Below, one piece after another: positions 49,295-61,600 of a DNA stretch of 64,000 nt. The position numbers and the translations under genes were made by a program. The notes below the pieces were generated by a model that made no database searches, was not told the origin of the DNA, and saw nothing but the letters and a program-made list of their open reading frames with translations. Numbering within the stretch: position 1 is the first letter of the stretch; the number at the start of each line of letters is the position of its first letter. The stretch is from positions 1 through 64,000 of the forward strand of contig NW_024704959.1 in NCBI RefSeq assembly GCF_018977255.1, written 5' to 3'. Source of the DNA: Callorhinchus milii (taxonomy: Eukaryota).

Positions 49295-50844
49295 TGTGGG
49301 GGCCGTCGGCCGGGCCGTCGGCCCCCGGGGTCCCTCCCGCCTGCATCCCCTATTCGTTTACGTTACCCCACCTCCCTATTACCCGCTACGGTTTCGCCGG
49401 CATTCGAACGCGACGCCCCTACGGTTACAGCCTCGCGCCGCGCTCCCACGCTGCGAGCATACGTGCGCACATCATCGTCGATCAAACGCCGTGCTCGCAG
49501 TATAGCCCTGTGCGGCACGTTCCCAATGCGCATCCGTATTATACACGTAGTGAACGTGCGCGCACACACGCATACAGCTCCACACGCGATACCCACTCTT
49601 GCGCCGCTCTGCGCAGCGCTCGCCGCCTGCTGGCCGCTCACGTTATGAGCGCGCACCTGGGGGACGCCGATTACGCACGCACGCCCACACACACGCCGCT
49701 CCGCGCACTCCAACTCAACTCACGTTATACTCGCGCACCTGTATCACACACGGAGTGAACACACGCGACACCCACTCTCGCACCGCTCTGCGCAGCGCTC
49801 CCCCGAGGCGAGCCGCAGCACCACAGAATCACTGCGTACCCACGCGCAACCCGCGCGCTCAGCTCCGCGCAGCGCTCACTCACGTGGCGAACCACTGTGC
49901 ACACAGCGCACCCACACGCTCACACTGCACGACAAGATCACGCGAGACCACGCTTCGCTATTAATGATTTATTATATGCCACCTGCGAATTGATGTGGAA
50001 TCAGTGAGTCGACGAGGCTGGCCTATTCCACTAAACCTGTACCTATTCCCTATTTATCGGCTTACGATACCCTACTTCACCTCCCCACTCACTGTTTGGT
50101 GCCCGCGGAGGTTCGCTGCTCTCTGCGCTAACAGCGTACCTCGATGCGTCGCACGGACGTCCGGGTCGCTGGCTGGAACTCCTGCTGGTCCGCTGGCCTG
50201 GAGAGAAGGGGCGATTTCCCCTCTCCGCTCCTCTATTTATCCTCCCTACCTCAAAGGGGATGCTGCGCTGAACAATGGGCTCGTGCACCCCAAGCCCGCG
50301 CACGGCGGTTCCCGGGCGCTGTTGATATGCTAATCAGTGCGCGACGTTGGCGGCGTACATCCTAATTACTCCCTTACCCTTCCTAACAATGGGGCCTGCG
50401 CGCTCAAGCGCAATTATCCCAACCCTCCATGACTATGCGCAACAGCCCCTGTGACCCCGCTATTCATGCTGTCTCGTGCCTCCCCTGCTTGCCCCGTCGA
50501 CTCGTGGGGGTGTGTGTGGGGGGAAATGCGCCTCAACCGCGGTGGCCGAATGCCCCACGCCGCGACCACACCATATTAAGGCCGGCAGCAGCGCCGCGGT
50601 ACCACGTAGCACGGGGGAGGTCATCCAATTCCCTGATCGCCGGAAACCGTGAGAATTAATCCCGATAAGGGTCTCTCGGATAAAAACCGGTCGATCAGGT
50701 AACCTTCCCTTCCAGCTCTATGGGGGGGGGGGGGGATGCGTGCGGGTGTGTGCTTATGTGGGGCGGGTGATGGGGGGCAGTGCGGTGGGGGAAGCCGGGC
50801 GGCTCCCTGGCTCGGCAGAGCGGCCCCGTCGCTGTGGCACCACA
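49295..50844 (-). repeat. 3' LTR
   Basis: Matches 56123-57660 apart from a 12-bp duplication GGGCCGTCGGCC and one substitution that I could see. Confidence 0.97.
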
Positions 50845-51076
50845 TAGCCCCCCGGGGTGCCAGTCCCCGTCCCGGGTTGACTTGAGCACCTCGCCTGGGT
50901 TGCCCCCACGAGGTATCGCCGCGGGGTCCGCGGGATTCGCCCGGCCCTTGTGGCTGGCCTCGGGGGTGGCGGCTCCGTCTCCTGGGGCTCCGGCGGTGGT
51001 CTCCTCCTCCATTCCAACGGCTCCCCTCGGCCCCTGGCACCTGCGGGCTGGGGAACAAACTCAGAGGCGGTGGGGT

Positions 51077-54000
51077 TTAAGGGTCGCCGTCCTCGTCGCC
51101 CCCGGCCCCGCCCGGGCCCCTCGGAGCCCTGGGCTCCGTGGGGCCCATATACTGCGCGAGGCCCCCGGGCACGGGGGATGCGGGTACTCCGGGATTTCGG
51201 GGCCTTCGGGTGACGGGGTTCTCTCTCGCCGGGGCCGCTTTCCACGGTTTTAAGCGGCGGACATTGACCACCGTCTCTCGACCCCTCTCCCCGCCATCAA
51301 TTAGTACCGTCCAGGGGGAGATCTGTCGCACCACGGTCCAGGGTCCCCGCCAGTAGGTCGTCAGTTTCCCCACCTGCCCGGCCCCGACGCGAGGGGTGTG
51401 TAGCCACACCTTAGCACCTGTCAGGAATAAGGGGGGTTCCATGCGGGGTCGGGTGCCCTGTTCCTGCCGCCGATGCGCGGCTTCCCCTTGCGGGTATGCT
51501 CGGCCTCGGGCTTCTCGTAGGGTCTCCAACAGGTGTTCCACGGGGCGGCTTCCCTCCTCCGGCTGGGGGGAAGGGACGCCGAATAGCAGATCTGCGGGTA
51601 AACGAGACTCACGGCCGAACATCATTAAAAACGGGGTTTGTCCCGTCGACGTGTGTACGGTGGTGGCGTAGGCGAAAAGGGCGTAGGGGAGGTGTTCATC
51701 CCAATCCCGTTGATTTGCGGCCGCCATACGTTTGAGTTTCCCCGATAAGGTCTGATTCATGCGCTCCACCATCCCGTTCGCCTGGGGGTGGTACGCTGTG
51801 GTTCGGTCCTTCTGGATTCCGAACTCTCGGCACAGTGCCTGGAACAACTCGGCCTCGAACTCGCTACCCTGGTCGGTGAGGACTCGTTCTGGGATCCCGT
51901 GCTTAAGTACGTAGTGTTCCACAAATGCCCGGGCCACCACCAAGGCCGTTTTATCAGGGATGGCCACTGCCACGGGGTAGCGGGTGAAATACTCTACTGC
52001 GACTAGGATATATCGGTTGCCTCGATGGGATCGCGGGAATGGCCCCTGTAGGTCGATCCCGACCAGCTGATTCGTGCGGCTGACGCGGAACGGCCTTAGG
52101 GGTACCTGGTATCGTGCCGGTTTCGGCCCGCACTGCTGACAGGCGCGGCAGCCCTGTACCCAGGCCGCCACGTCTTGTGCCAATTTGGGCCAGAGATACT
52201 GGCGACGCAGGGTCTCTCGAGTACGTCGTTCCCCATCGTGGCCCCCGAGTGGGTGGTCATGCACCAGCCGTAGCAGCTGGGGTCGCACCTGGGCAGGAAC
52301 ACAGATGCACCCCGGCTGGCCGGCCTCGGTTAACTCCCGTACCACTCCGTTCTGCACACACAACCGGGCATACAAACCGCTCCAGGGTCCTGGTAGGGCG
52401 CTCTTTTCCTCCCGCAGTGCCGCCTCCACTGCCGCCAGATCCGGATCTCGCTGCTGGGTCTGTCTCAGCTGCTCGTCGTTTAGGCCCGGGAAGGCGCAGC
52501 CGACGTCCTCCTGGATCCGTCCAATCGGGTCCCGAGCCGCGGGTCCCGCGCTTGCCGGGCGGTCGACGGGATCCTCAGTGCCACCTGTGAGGGTTTCCGT
52601 GGCGCACACTGCACTCTCTCTCGCTGGGGGGGGGTCAGTGGCCGCGGCCTCTCGGGGGTCCGTTGCCTGCCGGCAGCGTCCCCCCGTGAAACACGGGCAG
52701 GCCTCCTCCGCCCTCGTCTCGGCGTACACCGTGGGTCGCCTCGACAAGGCGTCCGCGTTTGCATGCGTCCGGCCAGCCCGATACTCGATTTGCAGGTTGT
52801 ACTCCTGCAACTGCGCCAACCACCGGGCCATCTGCCCCCGCGGCTCCTTGAATGTAAGAAGAAACTGCAGAGCATAATGGTCAGTGCGTACGCGACATCT
52901 CCTGCCGTACAAATACGGCCGGAACTGTTTGCATGCGAAAATCACGGCGTACAACTCTTGGCGGGTCACGCAATAGTTCAGCTCGGCCCCACTCAAGGTC
53001 CGGCTGGCGTACGCGATGACTCGTTCCGTCCCATCCTGTACCTGTGACAACACCGCGCCCAGCCCGCTGCTGCAGGCGTCGGTGTCCAAAATAAAATCGG
53101 TGGTAAAATCGGGGAAAGCGAGGGTGGGGGCGTGGGTGAGGTGATCTTTGAGAGTGGTGAAGGCCGTCTGGCAGGCCCCCGTCCACTGATAGGGGTGCTT
53201 AGGGGAGGTGAGTTGGGTGAGGGGGCGTGCAATCTCGCTGAATCCCTTTACAAATCGACGATAATAGGTGGCGAGCCCCAAAAATGATCTGATCTCCGTC
53301 AGATTCCTTGGCCGTGGCCACTCCACTACGGCGCGTACCTTCTCCGGATCGGTGTGCACGCCTGCCTCGCTGACGCGATGCCCGAGGTACCCCACCTCGC
53401 GTTGTGCGATGTAACACTTACGTGGCTTGAGCTTGAGATGAGCCGCTCGCAGTCGCTGGAACACCTCTCGAAGCCTGGACCAATGCTCAGACAAAGATCT
53501 ACTGAACACTATCACATCGTCCAAGTAAATCAGGCACTGTTCCCACTGCAAGCCCCGCATCACCAACTCCATCAACCGCTGGAACGTCGCGGGCGCGTTA
53601 GTGAGTCCGAACGGCAACACTCGAAACTCAAACAGGCCCATCGGGGTGGTGAATGCTGTTTTTGGCCGATCCTCCTCCGTCATCTCCACCTGCCAGTAAC
53701 CGGACGCCAGATCGAGGGTGGAAAAATACCGCGCTCCTGCGAGACTGTCGAAGGTGTCGTCGATGCGAGGTATGGGGAAGGCATCGCCGAGCGTGACTGC
53801 ATTTAGTTTACGGTAATCGACGCAGAACCGGGTTGACCCATCCTTTTTCGTTACTAGTACCACCGGGGCTGACCAGGGACTCGCCGAGGGCTGAATTATG
53901 TTATCGCGAAGCATGTCCCCAACTGCCTCTTTGATTTGGGCGCGTTCGGGTGCGCCCACTCGGTACGCAGGGAGTTTGATGGGTCGGGCTGCACCGGTGT

Positions 54001-56041
54001 CAATTTGATGCTTAACCAGGTCGGTCCGACCCACGTCCGAGTCGTGTTCGCTGAACACGTCGGCATACTCCCGCAGTAACTCGCGCAGCCGATCGGCCCC
54101 TCCCTTAGGTAAGTCCGCCCATGGTACATGTAACGCGTCGAGCAGGGGAACGACCTCGGCTCGGGGAGTCGGGCCGACTCGCCAGGCCAGGTCCTGCTCA
54201 CCCTCAGGACGACCGGGGTCCTCAGCCCAGAGTGCGAACACCGAGTCGTTAGAGTGGCGTGCGTGCAGGGGGTGTACTGTGGCTATCGGGGTGCGCCGTC
54301 GCAGTATCGCTGGGGTATTGTGGGGGTTAAACATCCGCATAAACAATCGGTCCCCATCTGCGTTTACCAACGTGGCGGATCCCACTATCCCATACCGTTT
54401 TGCCAACTCCGGGTGAGGAGTTAGCATTACCTCCCCTGATGGTCGGAGCGCGGGGTCGGTGGGGGATGTTGCCACCGGCACCAGCATCTCGGTGAGCGGG
54501 CCGATGGTGACTGCCGTCGCCAGGATAGCGGCCACAGGTGCAAAGCGGCGGCGCGTTGGTTCTCGTCCCAGGAACGGTATCCGCTCGCCGTTGCTCTCCA
54601 TGGTGGCGCATCGCTGGCGGGGTTGCACGTTGAGTCCCAACCGTTCTAGGAGGTCGGTGCCTGCGATACACTCGTGACACAACGCACTCGACACGTAGAA
54701 CTCCTGCGTGCACACCTGGCTGCCTATGCGGACCTCTAGGGTGGCTCTCCCCAGCAGCCCCATTCCGGCTCCGCTCGCCGTGTGCAGCGCGCGGTCCGGT
54801 ACCTGCAGGTGACGCACGTCGACCCCGATCGCGCTGCAGTGCGCTGCGCTCACGAGCGAGGCCACCGCCCCCGTGTCCAGCAGGATTCGGGTACGCACTC
54901 CGTTTACCTCCCCTTCCACCAGCGACGTGGCCCCCGTGATCCCCGCCACCAGCTCCCGCAGCCAGTCGCCAGGAGTCACCGTTTCTGTGGGCGTTGTTGC
55001 TGGAACCTGTGTGGAGATCACTCGCTCGCCATTATTCTCACAGCTTGTTTGTGTCGGGGCTACGCCGATTTCGCCCCCCGGTGGTCCCCTCTCTAGGGGG
55101 GCCTTAGTGTTTGACCTTAGCTCTTGTCTAGCTCGGGCGACCTGAGGACAGTCCCTCACTAGATGCCCTCGGCGATCGCACATATAACATGCCCGGGGAG
55201 GGGTGGCGGCTCCGTAATGGGCTCTCTGCCCACTCCCTCCTCCCCCAGTGCGCTGCTGCTCATACTCTGCTTCTAGTCGCGCTATCCTTCCAGTTAGCCC
55301 TCCTACCGTGGAGTCTAGTTCCCCCATCTCGGATCGGATGGTCTCAACGGAGGATTGCAGTTGGGTCATATTTTTATTCGTTTCCTCGCGTACCTGGGTT
55401 ACCTGGCCGGAGACATCCTTTATACCCGTTTGTATACCGGCAACCCATCCCGGGGTTGTCTCGCGGGACACTGGAGGCTCTCTTTCCCGGCCCCTTACCG
55501 TCCTCGCGAGCTCCTGTTCCTCCTCCTCGTCTTCCGAGAGCAGGCTCGCAATGGCGCGCTCTCGTCCCAGCCCCCGAAGCTGCGCGCGTTCGCTGTGAAT
55601 TCTTTCACACTTACGTGCGCGCTCGACAAGGGTGTTAAAGGGAAGACGTGGGCAGCTCATGTCTGGCTGCCACCACGCCGTGCGAGACAGGTACCGCTGG
55701 ATTTTCTCGGCGGCCAGTTCCTCAATAACATCAGTTGCGTACCCCGGGCGTGCGATCTTTGTTAACTCGCGCACATCCTCGGCGTAATCACGTAGATCTT
55801 CGCCAGGTTGGCGCCGGCGCGCCTCTAAGGCCGATTTTGCTTCCTCCTCGTCACGCGTGCCAAAACGCTGATCGAGTCGGCGCATCAGCTCCTCTAGCTG
55901 TGTCTGTGCGCTCGCGGGTAACGCTTCTACAAAATCGGCTGCCCGCCCATCAAGATTCATATTAAGTTGACGTACTGCCTGCGCGTCCGTCCATCCATTA
56001 ATTTCTTGGCCCCTAAGAGATTGCGGGTGAATGCCTTCCAC
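51077..56041 (-). CDS. Gag-Pol polyprotein; true start probably upstream
   Basis: Zinc knuckle CYMCDRRGHLVRDC, protease LLDTGA, RT RFCVDYRKLN/LPFGL/YLDD, RNase H TDAC/ADALSR, integrase HHCC plus D,D,E core. Confidence 0.97.
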   Translation of the reverse strand: MEGIHPQSLRGQEINGWTDAQAVRQLNMNLDGRAADFVEALPASAQTQLEELMRRLDQRFGTRDEEEAKSALEARRRQPGEDLRDYAEDVRELTKIARPGYATDVIEELAAEKIQRYLSRTAWWQPDMSCPRLPFNTLVERARKCERIHSERAQLRGLGRERAIASLLSEDEEEEQELARTVRGREREPPVSRETTPGWVAGIQTGIKDVSGQVTQVREETNKNMTQLQSSVETIRSEMGELDSTVGGLTGRIARLEAEYEQQRTGGGGSGQRAHYGAATPPRACYMCDRRGHLVRDCPQVARARQELRSNTKAPLERGPPGGEIGVAPTQTSCENNGERVISTQVPATTPTETVTPGDWLRELVAGITGATSLVEGEVNGVRTRILLDTGAVASLVSAAHCSAIGVDVRHLQVPDRALHTASGAGMGLLGRATLEVRIGSQVCTQEFYVSSALCHECIAGTDLLERLGLNVQPRQRCATMESNGERIPFLGREPTRRRFAPVAAILATAVTIGPLTEMLVPVATSPTDPALRPSGEVMLTPHPELAKRYGIVGSATLVNADGDRLFMRMFNPHNTPAILRRRTPIATVHPLHARHSNDSVFALWAEDPGRPEGEQDLAWRVGPTPRAEVVPLLDALHVPWADLPKGGADRLRELLREYADVFSEHDSDVGRTDLVKHQIDTGAARPIKLPAYRVGAPERAQIKEAVGDMLRDNIIQPSASPWSAPVVLVTKKDGSTRFCVDYRKLNAVTLGDAFPIPRIDDTFDSLAGARYFSTLDLASGYWQVEMTEEDRPKTAFTTPMGLFEFRVLPFGLTNAPATFQRLMELVMRGLQWEQCLIYLDDVIVFSRSLSEHWSRLREVFQRLRAAHLKLKPRKCYIAQREVGYLGHRVSEAGVHTDPEKVRAVVEWPRPRNLTEIRSFLGLATYYRRFVKGFSEIARPLTQLTSPKHPYQWTGACQTAFTTLKDHLTHAPTLAFPDFTTDFILDTDACSSGLGAVLSQVQDGTERVIAYASRTLSGAELNYCVTRQELYAVIFACKQFRPYLYGRRCRVRTDHYALQFLLTFKEPRGQMARWLAQLQEYNLQIEYRAGRTHANADALSRRPTVYAETRAEEACPCFTGGRCRQATDPREAAATDPPPARESAVCATETLTGGTEDPVDRPASAGPAARDPIGRIQEDVGCAFPGLNDEQLRQTQQRDPDLAAVEAALREEKSALPGPWSGLYARLCVQNGVVRELTEAGQPGCICVPAQVRPQLLRLVHDHPLGGHDGERRTRETLRRQYLWPKLAQDVAAWVQGCRACQQCGPKPARYQVPLRPFRVSRTNQLVGIDLQGPFPRSHRGNRYILVAVEYFTRYPVAVAIPDKTALVVARAFVEHYVLKHGIPERVLTDQGSEFEAELFQALCREFGIQKDRTTAYHPQANGMVERMNQTLSGKLKRMAAANQRDWDEHLPYALFAYATTVHTSTGQTPFLMMFGRESRLPADLLFGVPSPQPEEGSRPVEHLLETLREARGRAYPQGEAAHRRQEQGTRPRMEPPLFLTGAKVWLHTPRVGAGQVGKLTTYWRGPWTVVRQISPWTVLIDGGERGRETVVNVRRLKPWKAAPARENPVTRRPRNPGVPASPVPGGLAQYMGPTEPRAPRGPGGAGGDEDGDP

Positions 56042-56108
56042 GAAGGGGCCCCCCGGCGGTAAATATTAGTCTTATTTTAGCGTGAGGTAACGCGGGGGTC
56101 CGTACCGC

Positions 56109-56120
56109 TTCTGACACCAA
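56109..56120 (-). promoter_or_regulatory. Primer-binding site (tRNA-Leu-like)
   Basis: TGGTGTCAGAAG lies just inside the 5' LTR and is complementary to a tRNA-Leu 3' end CUUCUGACACCA. Confidence 0.8.
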
Positions 56121-56122
56121 TT

Positions 56123-57660
56123 TGTGGGGGCCGTCGGCCCCCGGGGTCCCTCCCGCCTGCATCCCCTATTCGTTTACGTTACCCCACCTCCCTATTACCC
56201 GCTACGGTTTCGCCGGCATTCGAACGCGACGCCCCTACGGTTACAGCCTCGCGCCGCGCTCCCACGCTGCGAGCATACGTGCGCACATCATCGTCGATCA
56301 AACGCCGTGCTCGCAGTATAGCCCTGTGCGGCACGTTCCCAATGCGCATCCGTATTATACACGTAGTGAACGTGCGCGCACACACGCATACAGCTCCACA
56401 CGCGATACCCACTCTTGCGCCGCTCTGCGCAGCGCTCGCCGCCTGCTGGCCGCTCACGTTATGAGCGCGCACCTGGGGGACGCCGATTACGCACGCACGC
56501 CCACACACACGCCGCTCCGCGCACTCCAACTCAACTCACGTTATACTCGCGCACCTGTATCACACACGGAGTGAACACACGCGACACCCACTCTCGCACC
56601 GCTCTGCGCAGCGCTCCCCCGAGGCGAGCCGCAGCACCACAGAATCACTGCGTACCCACGCGCAACCCGCGCGCTCAGCTCCGCGCAGCGCTCACTCACG
56701 TGGCGAACCACTGTGCACACAGCGCACCCACACGCTCACACTGCACGACAAGATCACGCGAGACCACGCTTCGCTATTAATGATTTATTATATGCCACCT
56801 GCGAATTGATGTGGAATCAGTGAGTCGACGAGGCTGGCCTATTCCACTAAACCTGTACCTATTCCCTATTTATCGGCTTACGATACCCTACTTCACCTCC
56901 CCACTCACTGTTTGGTGCCCGCGGAGGTTCGCTGCTCTCTGCGCTAACAGCGTACCTCGATGCGTCGCACGGACGTCCGGGTCGCTGGCTGGAACTCCTG
57001 CTGGTCCGCTGGCCTGGAGAGAAGGGGCGATTTCCCCTCTCCGCTCCTCTATTTATCCTCCCTACCTCCAAGGGGATGCTGCGCTGAACAATGGGCTCGT
57101 GCACCCCAAGCCCGCGCACGGCGGTTCCCGGGCGCTGTTGATATGCTAATCAGTGCGCGACGTTGGCGGCGTACATCCTAATTACTCCCTTACCCTTCCT
57201 AACAATGGGGCCTGCGCGCTCAAGCGCAATTATCCCAACCCTCCATGACTATGCGCAACAGCCCCTGTGACCCCGCTATTCATGCTGTCTCGTGCCTCCC
57301 CTGCTTGCCCCGTCGACTCGTGGGGGTGTGTGTGGGGGGAAATGCGCCTCAACCGCGGTGGCCGAATGCCCCACGCCGCGACCACACCATATTAAGGCCG
57401 GCAGCAGCGCCGCGGTACCACGTAGCACGGGGGAGGTCATCCAATTCCCTGATCGCCGGAAACCGTGAGAATTAATCCCGATAAGGGTCTCTCGGATAAA
57501 AACCGGTCGATCAGGTAACCTTCCCTTCCAGCTCTATGGGGGGGGGGGGGGATGCGTGCGGGTGTGTGCTTATGTGGGGCGGGTGATGGGGGGCAGTGCG
57601 GTGGGGGAAGCCGGGCGGCTCCCTGGCTCGGCAGAGCGGCCCCGTCGCTGTGGCACCACA
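56123..57660 (-). repeat. 5' LTR
   Basis: Reads TGTGGTGCCA...GGCCCCCACA on the minus strand; CpG-rich. Confidence 0.97.
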
Positions 57661-58585
57661 CTCTCATGTGCGTTACGGGGCCTCGTTTCTCTCGCTCCGA
57701 ATTCCCTGGAGCTGGCAAAACGCTCATTTTAGTGTCGCCAAATATCGTCCGAACGTCACGAAACTTCCACACGCTTTCCCAGCAGATTTGCTCGTGCACC
57801 AAAAAAAGTCAAAATTTTTACACATAGACCCCATCAAACGGTAGAAATTGGCCGGGATTGCTCTCATGTGCGTTACGGGGCCTCGTTTCTCTCGCTCCGA
57901 ATTCCCTGGAGCTGGCAAAACGCTCATTATAGTGTCGCCAAATATTGTCCGAACGTCACAAAACTTCCACACGCTTTTCCAGCACACATAGACCCCATCA
58001 AACGGTAGAAATTGGCCGGGATTGCTCTCATGTGCGTTACGGGGCCTCGTTTCTCTCGCTCCGAATTCCCTGGAGCTGGCAAAACGCTCATTATAGTGTC
58101 GCCAAATATCGTCCGAACGTCACGAAACTTCCACACGCTTTTCCAGCACACATAGACCCCATCAAACGGTAGAAATTGGCCGGGATTGCTCTCATGTGCG
58201 TTACGGGGCCTCGTTTCTCTCGCTCCGAATTCCCTGGAGCTGGCAAAACGCTCATTATAGTGTCGCCAAATATTGTCCGAACGTCACGAAACTTCCACAT
58301 GCTTTTCCAGCACACATAGACCCCATCAAACGGTAGAAATTGGCCGGGATTGCTCTCATGTGCGTTACGGGGCCTCGTTTCTCTCGCTCCGAATTCCCTG
58401 GAGCTGGCAAAACGCTCATTATAGTGTCGCCAAATATCGTCCGAACGTCACGAAACTTCCACACGCTTTTCCAGCACACATAGACCCCATCAAACGGTAG
58501 AAATTGGCCGGGATTGCTCTCATGTGCGTTACGGGGCCTCGTTTCTCTCGCTCCGAATTCCCTGAAGCTGGGAAATCGCAATTTT
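57661..58585. repeat. Satellite: one 200-bp unit, then 164-bp units, each with an EcoRI site
   Basis: CTCTCATGTG recurs at 57661, 57861, 58025, 58189, 58353 and 58517. Confidence 0.97.
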
Positions 58586-58615
58586 NNNNNNNNNNNNNNN
58601 NNNNNNNNNNNNNNN
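58586..58615. other. Assembly gap (30 N)
   Basis: Run of N. Confidence 1.
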
Positions 58616-61600
58616 TACTCAAAAGCTCCACCCAGCCCCGAGCACCCCCTAATGAAACACCGTTAGTCCCTGTAACTCAGGGAAACTTATGCGAACGAAT
58701 GTCTGTTGTACTATAACTGCTCATGATAAGGGGGTGTTTCTGACCTAAAGTGCTAACCTTTTATTCTAAGTAGAATCATAGCCGCTAATCCGTGAAAAGA
58801 GTCCGCATAACCAAGTATCGTATCTAACAGTGGTAGACCAAATTGCCGAGTCACTTGCTCCGCCCGTGGCCTAGCTAAACCACCTGCGTCTACCTGAGAG
58901 GCGAGTAGTAGGGCCACAACAACTATCTAAATCAAACCAGAAGTAGATGTCCTTCCCGGACCTGAGCCATAGAGATAGCTGACTACATAAAGCTCATTGA
59001 GCTGAAACCAGTTGACTAACGCGGTCCCAGCGCTATCAGGTATGGAGCGTCGCGCTAACCGATTCGGTGACAGAATACTATCCGCCCAGTTGCTGAAAGA
59101 TGCCATGTTTACCGTAACTTGCCGGGGGCCTAAGCACTCTCATGATACGATTGCAAGAGCGGTACGCTTTTAAGCGCACGTAGTATATGCATTCACTGGC
59201 AATTATATTAAGTGGCCGTTGCCACGTTCCCCGTTATCCCCCACAATTGTGCGATAACGCAGGTACAGCGTGCATGGGTAATGGATCAGGCGGTGATTTG
59301 TAGTTAGTTGTGGAGAGTTATGTCACCTTACGCTATCTTAATTTCTGGTGAATTTCAATTACGGGCCAGCGCCCATCTGGAATTCGCACGATCCCGGTCC
59401 AACAATGCATGCTTTAAACCATTTGCTCCTCTTTCGACTAGCGCCGGGCATTCAAGCGTAACACAAAGCGTTCCATTAGAGTACATCAGGTCCCAAAGAA
59501 TGCTCCATCGTTCTATCTTCAAAAGATCGATTCACGCAGACTTTACATAATGTCGCTAATATAGGTGTAAGGGTTGTATGCTGAGTGATCTACGAGAGAG
59601 AGTCGACGATGGATGGTAACCTTGGAGCTTTTGGCGCGGGACGGGGGTGCTAGAGGTAGACGTATCTGGAGACGGCTCGCGTGTATGACCGGTTGCATAG
59701 GTACTTGTAAGCCAGCCTTACCCTATAAGCGGTATTATACTGCTCGATCAGGTCATGTCAGGGGAAGATCTAGCACTTTCCTCAAGGCACTATAAGCGCT
59801 CTGTCATCTGGATACGTCTGTGTTCGCCGTAAGAGAAATATTGATGCAAACAACATATACCAAAGGCTTTCTTCTAGAAATACTGTCGACTTAATGTGGC
59901 ACAGCTTGTCAGTGGCATTGCACATGAGTGCCCGAATTCTTGTCACATGGTTAACGGATACTGGAATACCCGAGCCACAAAAATGGGAATAACTTGATGA
60001 AGAAAACTACTTCCACTGACATATTGCCAGAATTTCCACCGGTTTTCCTCTGTAGAGCCTATGCGCACCAGCGCCGATTGGCCCCAATGACCATTCACAC
60101 TTGTTCTGGGACCCGAAGACTGGTACCTAAGGTGAAAGCGTTGGGATGGCATCGTTGGTTAACACGAATTCGACAAAAGTCAGCAAGCATACACCAATCC
60201 AAAGCGCGGTCGCACGGGTACTGTCTCTCTTACAATGGAGGTGATCTCTAACCTCACGCGTGCACCCAGTATGCACACAGGCTATATACCCGAATTGTAG
60301 ACGGGTTGTGATGACAGGTCGCGTATAGATTGCATTCCACAACTCAAGCCCCGCTAGATAGGAATTAAATCACGGTCCCCACATAAGCTGAGGGGCCAAT
60401 TCTGTTCATGCGCCAAGCACTATGGGATCCACCGCACGTGGTGGCCTAGGGAGATAATACGAGCCCCATACCCATGGATGATGGCTAAGAAGCCTGTGTC
60501 TCCGTCTCCGTGGTGGACACTGCCCCTGTAAAGGATCTGGTGTATAACAATCCTGTCACAGAGCATAGCTTTAATTACGAAATCAGGCAGGATGAGGAGA
60601 CCCGTTGCACTCCCGATGGCTCCTCCTCACTGGATTGGACTTATCAATTGCCTCGCGCGAATGACGCTATTTCACACCGCTATTCTATGCTGATTACCCG
60701 GATATATGAATCCCAACGTCTAGAGTACTGCCGGCGTTTTGATGATTGGGAAAAGTGGCACGGGTTAACCTTATGACGCACTCTGCAACATTCAGAAAAA
60801 CAATTGCGTTCTGGGATTCGATCGGGTGAAATACACGGATCTTCACATCCCTCGGACTTACGGGTTACCACTTCCCGACGGCTGTAAGAGAGACTACTAA
60901 CACCCACCAGGAAATGATGTACCTCAGACCTTGCCCAAACTAGGATTAGAGCCCGTATGTCAGTTTCATGTTTTCTAGTTGTGGGCTGCCGCAGCAACGG
61001 GGGATTGTTCTGTGCATTTTATGTCTTTTTCGGTTGTTATCTCGACCGGTTAACCTTTTTGAGGACCGCTTATCTAACACCACTGGGAGTAGACGGCATC
61101 AGAGCTTCCCATTGTTCACAGACATATACCTATACGTACAGTTTTAGACATTAAGGAGTCTATCCTTACCAGACTTTGCAGGCTCGAATGACGTCAAGTC
61201 GAAATCTATAGGGGGGTGTGGTGTGACGATTTACTAGTCGTGCTTCCTGAGCTGTAAACCCGAATTTTCGAGACCGATTCCCAAATCTTGTTCACAAGCT
61301 GCCAGTACCTGGTCCTGTTCTTGGAAACCGGATAATAAACAGTTCGTATATTGAACCCTGTCGGAGATCCCTATGACGTTGGATAGGATAGCGGGGCTGG
61401 GAATCGCGGGGATTAATAGATACGGCGCGAGATAAGAATTAACGCAGTATCAGGGATAGCCCCGTCCTCGACAACCCGCTTTTACCAACCGAAGCGTAGG
61501 ACTCTCTTCGGCCACAAGAATCGTTGGCAGGAACAACTCGGAGTGTGACACCGTGCCATTATCACTTCACCCTGCTAAAGATATAGGCAAAATCGGCATT

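Larger units (their letters stand above)
49295..57660 (-). mobile_element. Near-intact Ty3/Gypsy LTR retrotransposon
   Basis: Two ~1.54-kb TG...CA LTRs, a PBS, a short G-rich PPT and a gag-pol ORF in PR-RT-RH-IN order. Confidence 0.98.

Noticed and set aside
49121-57802. Many short ORFs in the LTRs and antisense to gag-pol
   Set aside because: Expected in GC-rich DNA; no motifs and no env-like ORF.
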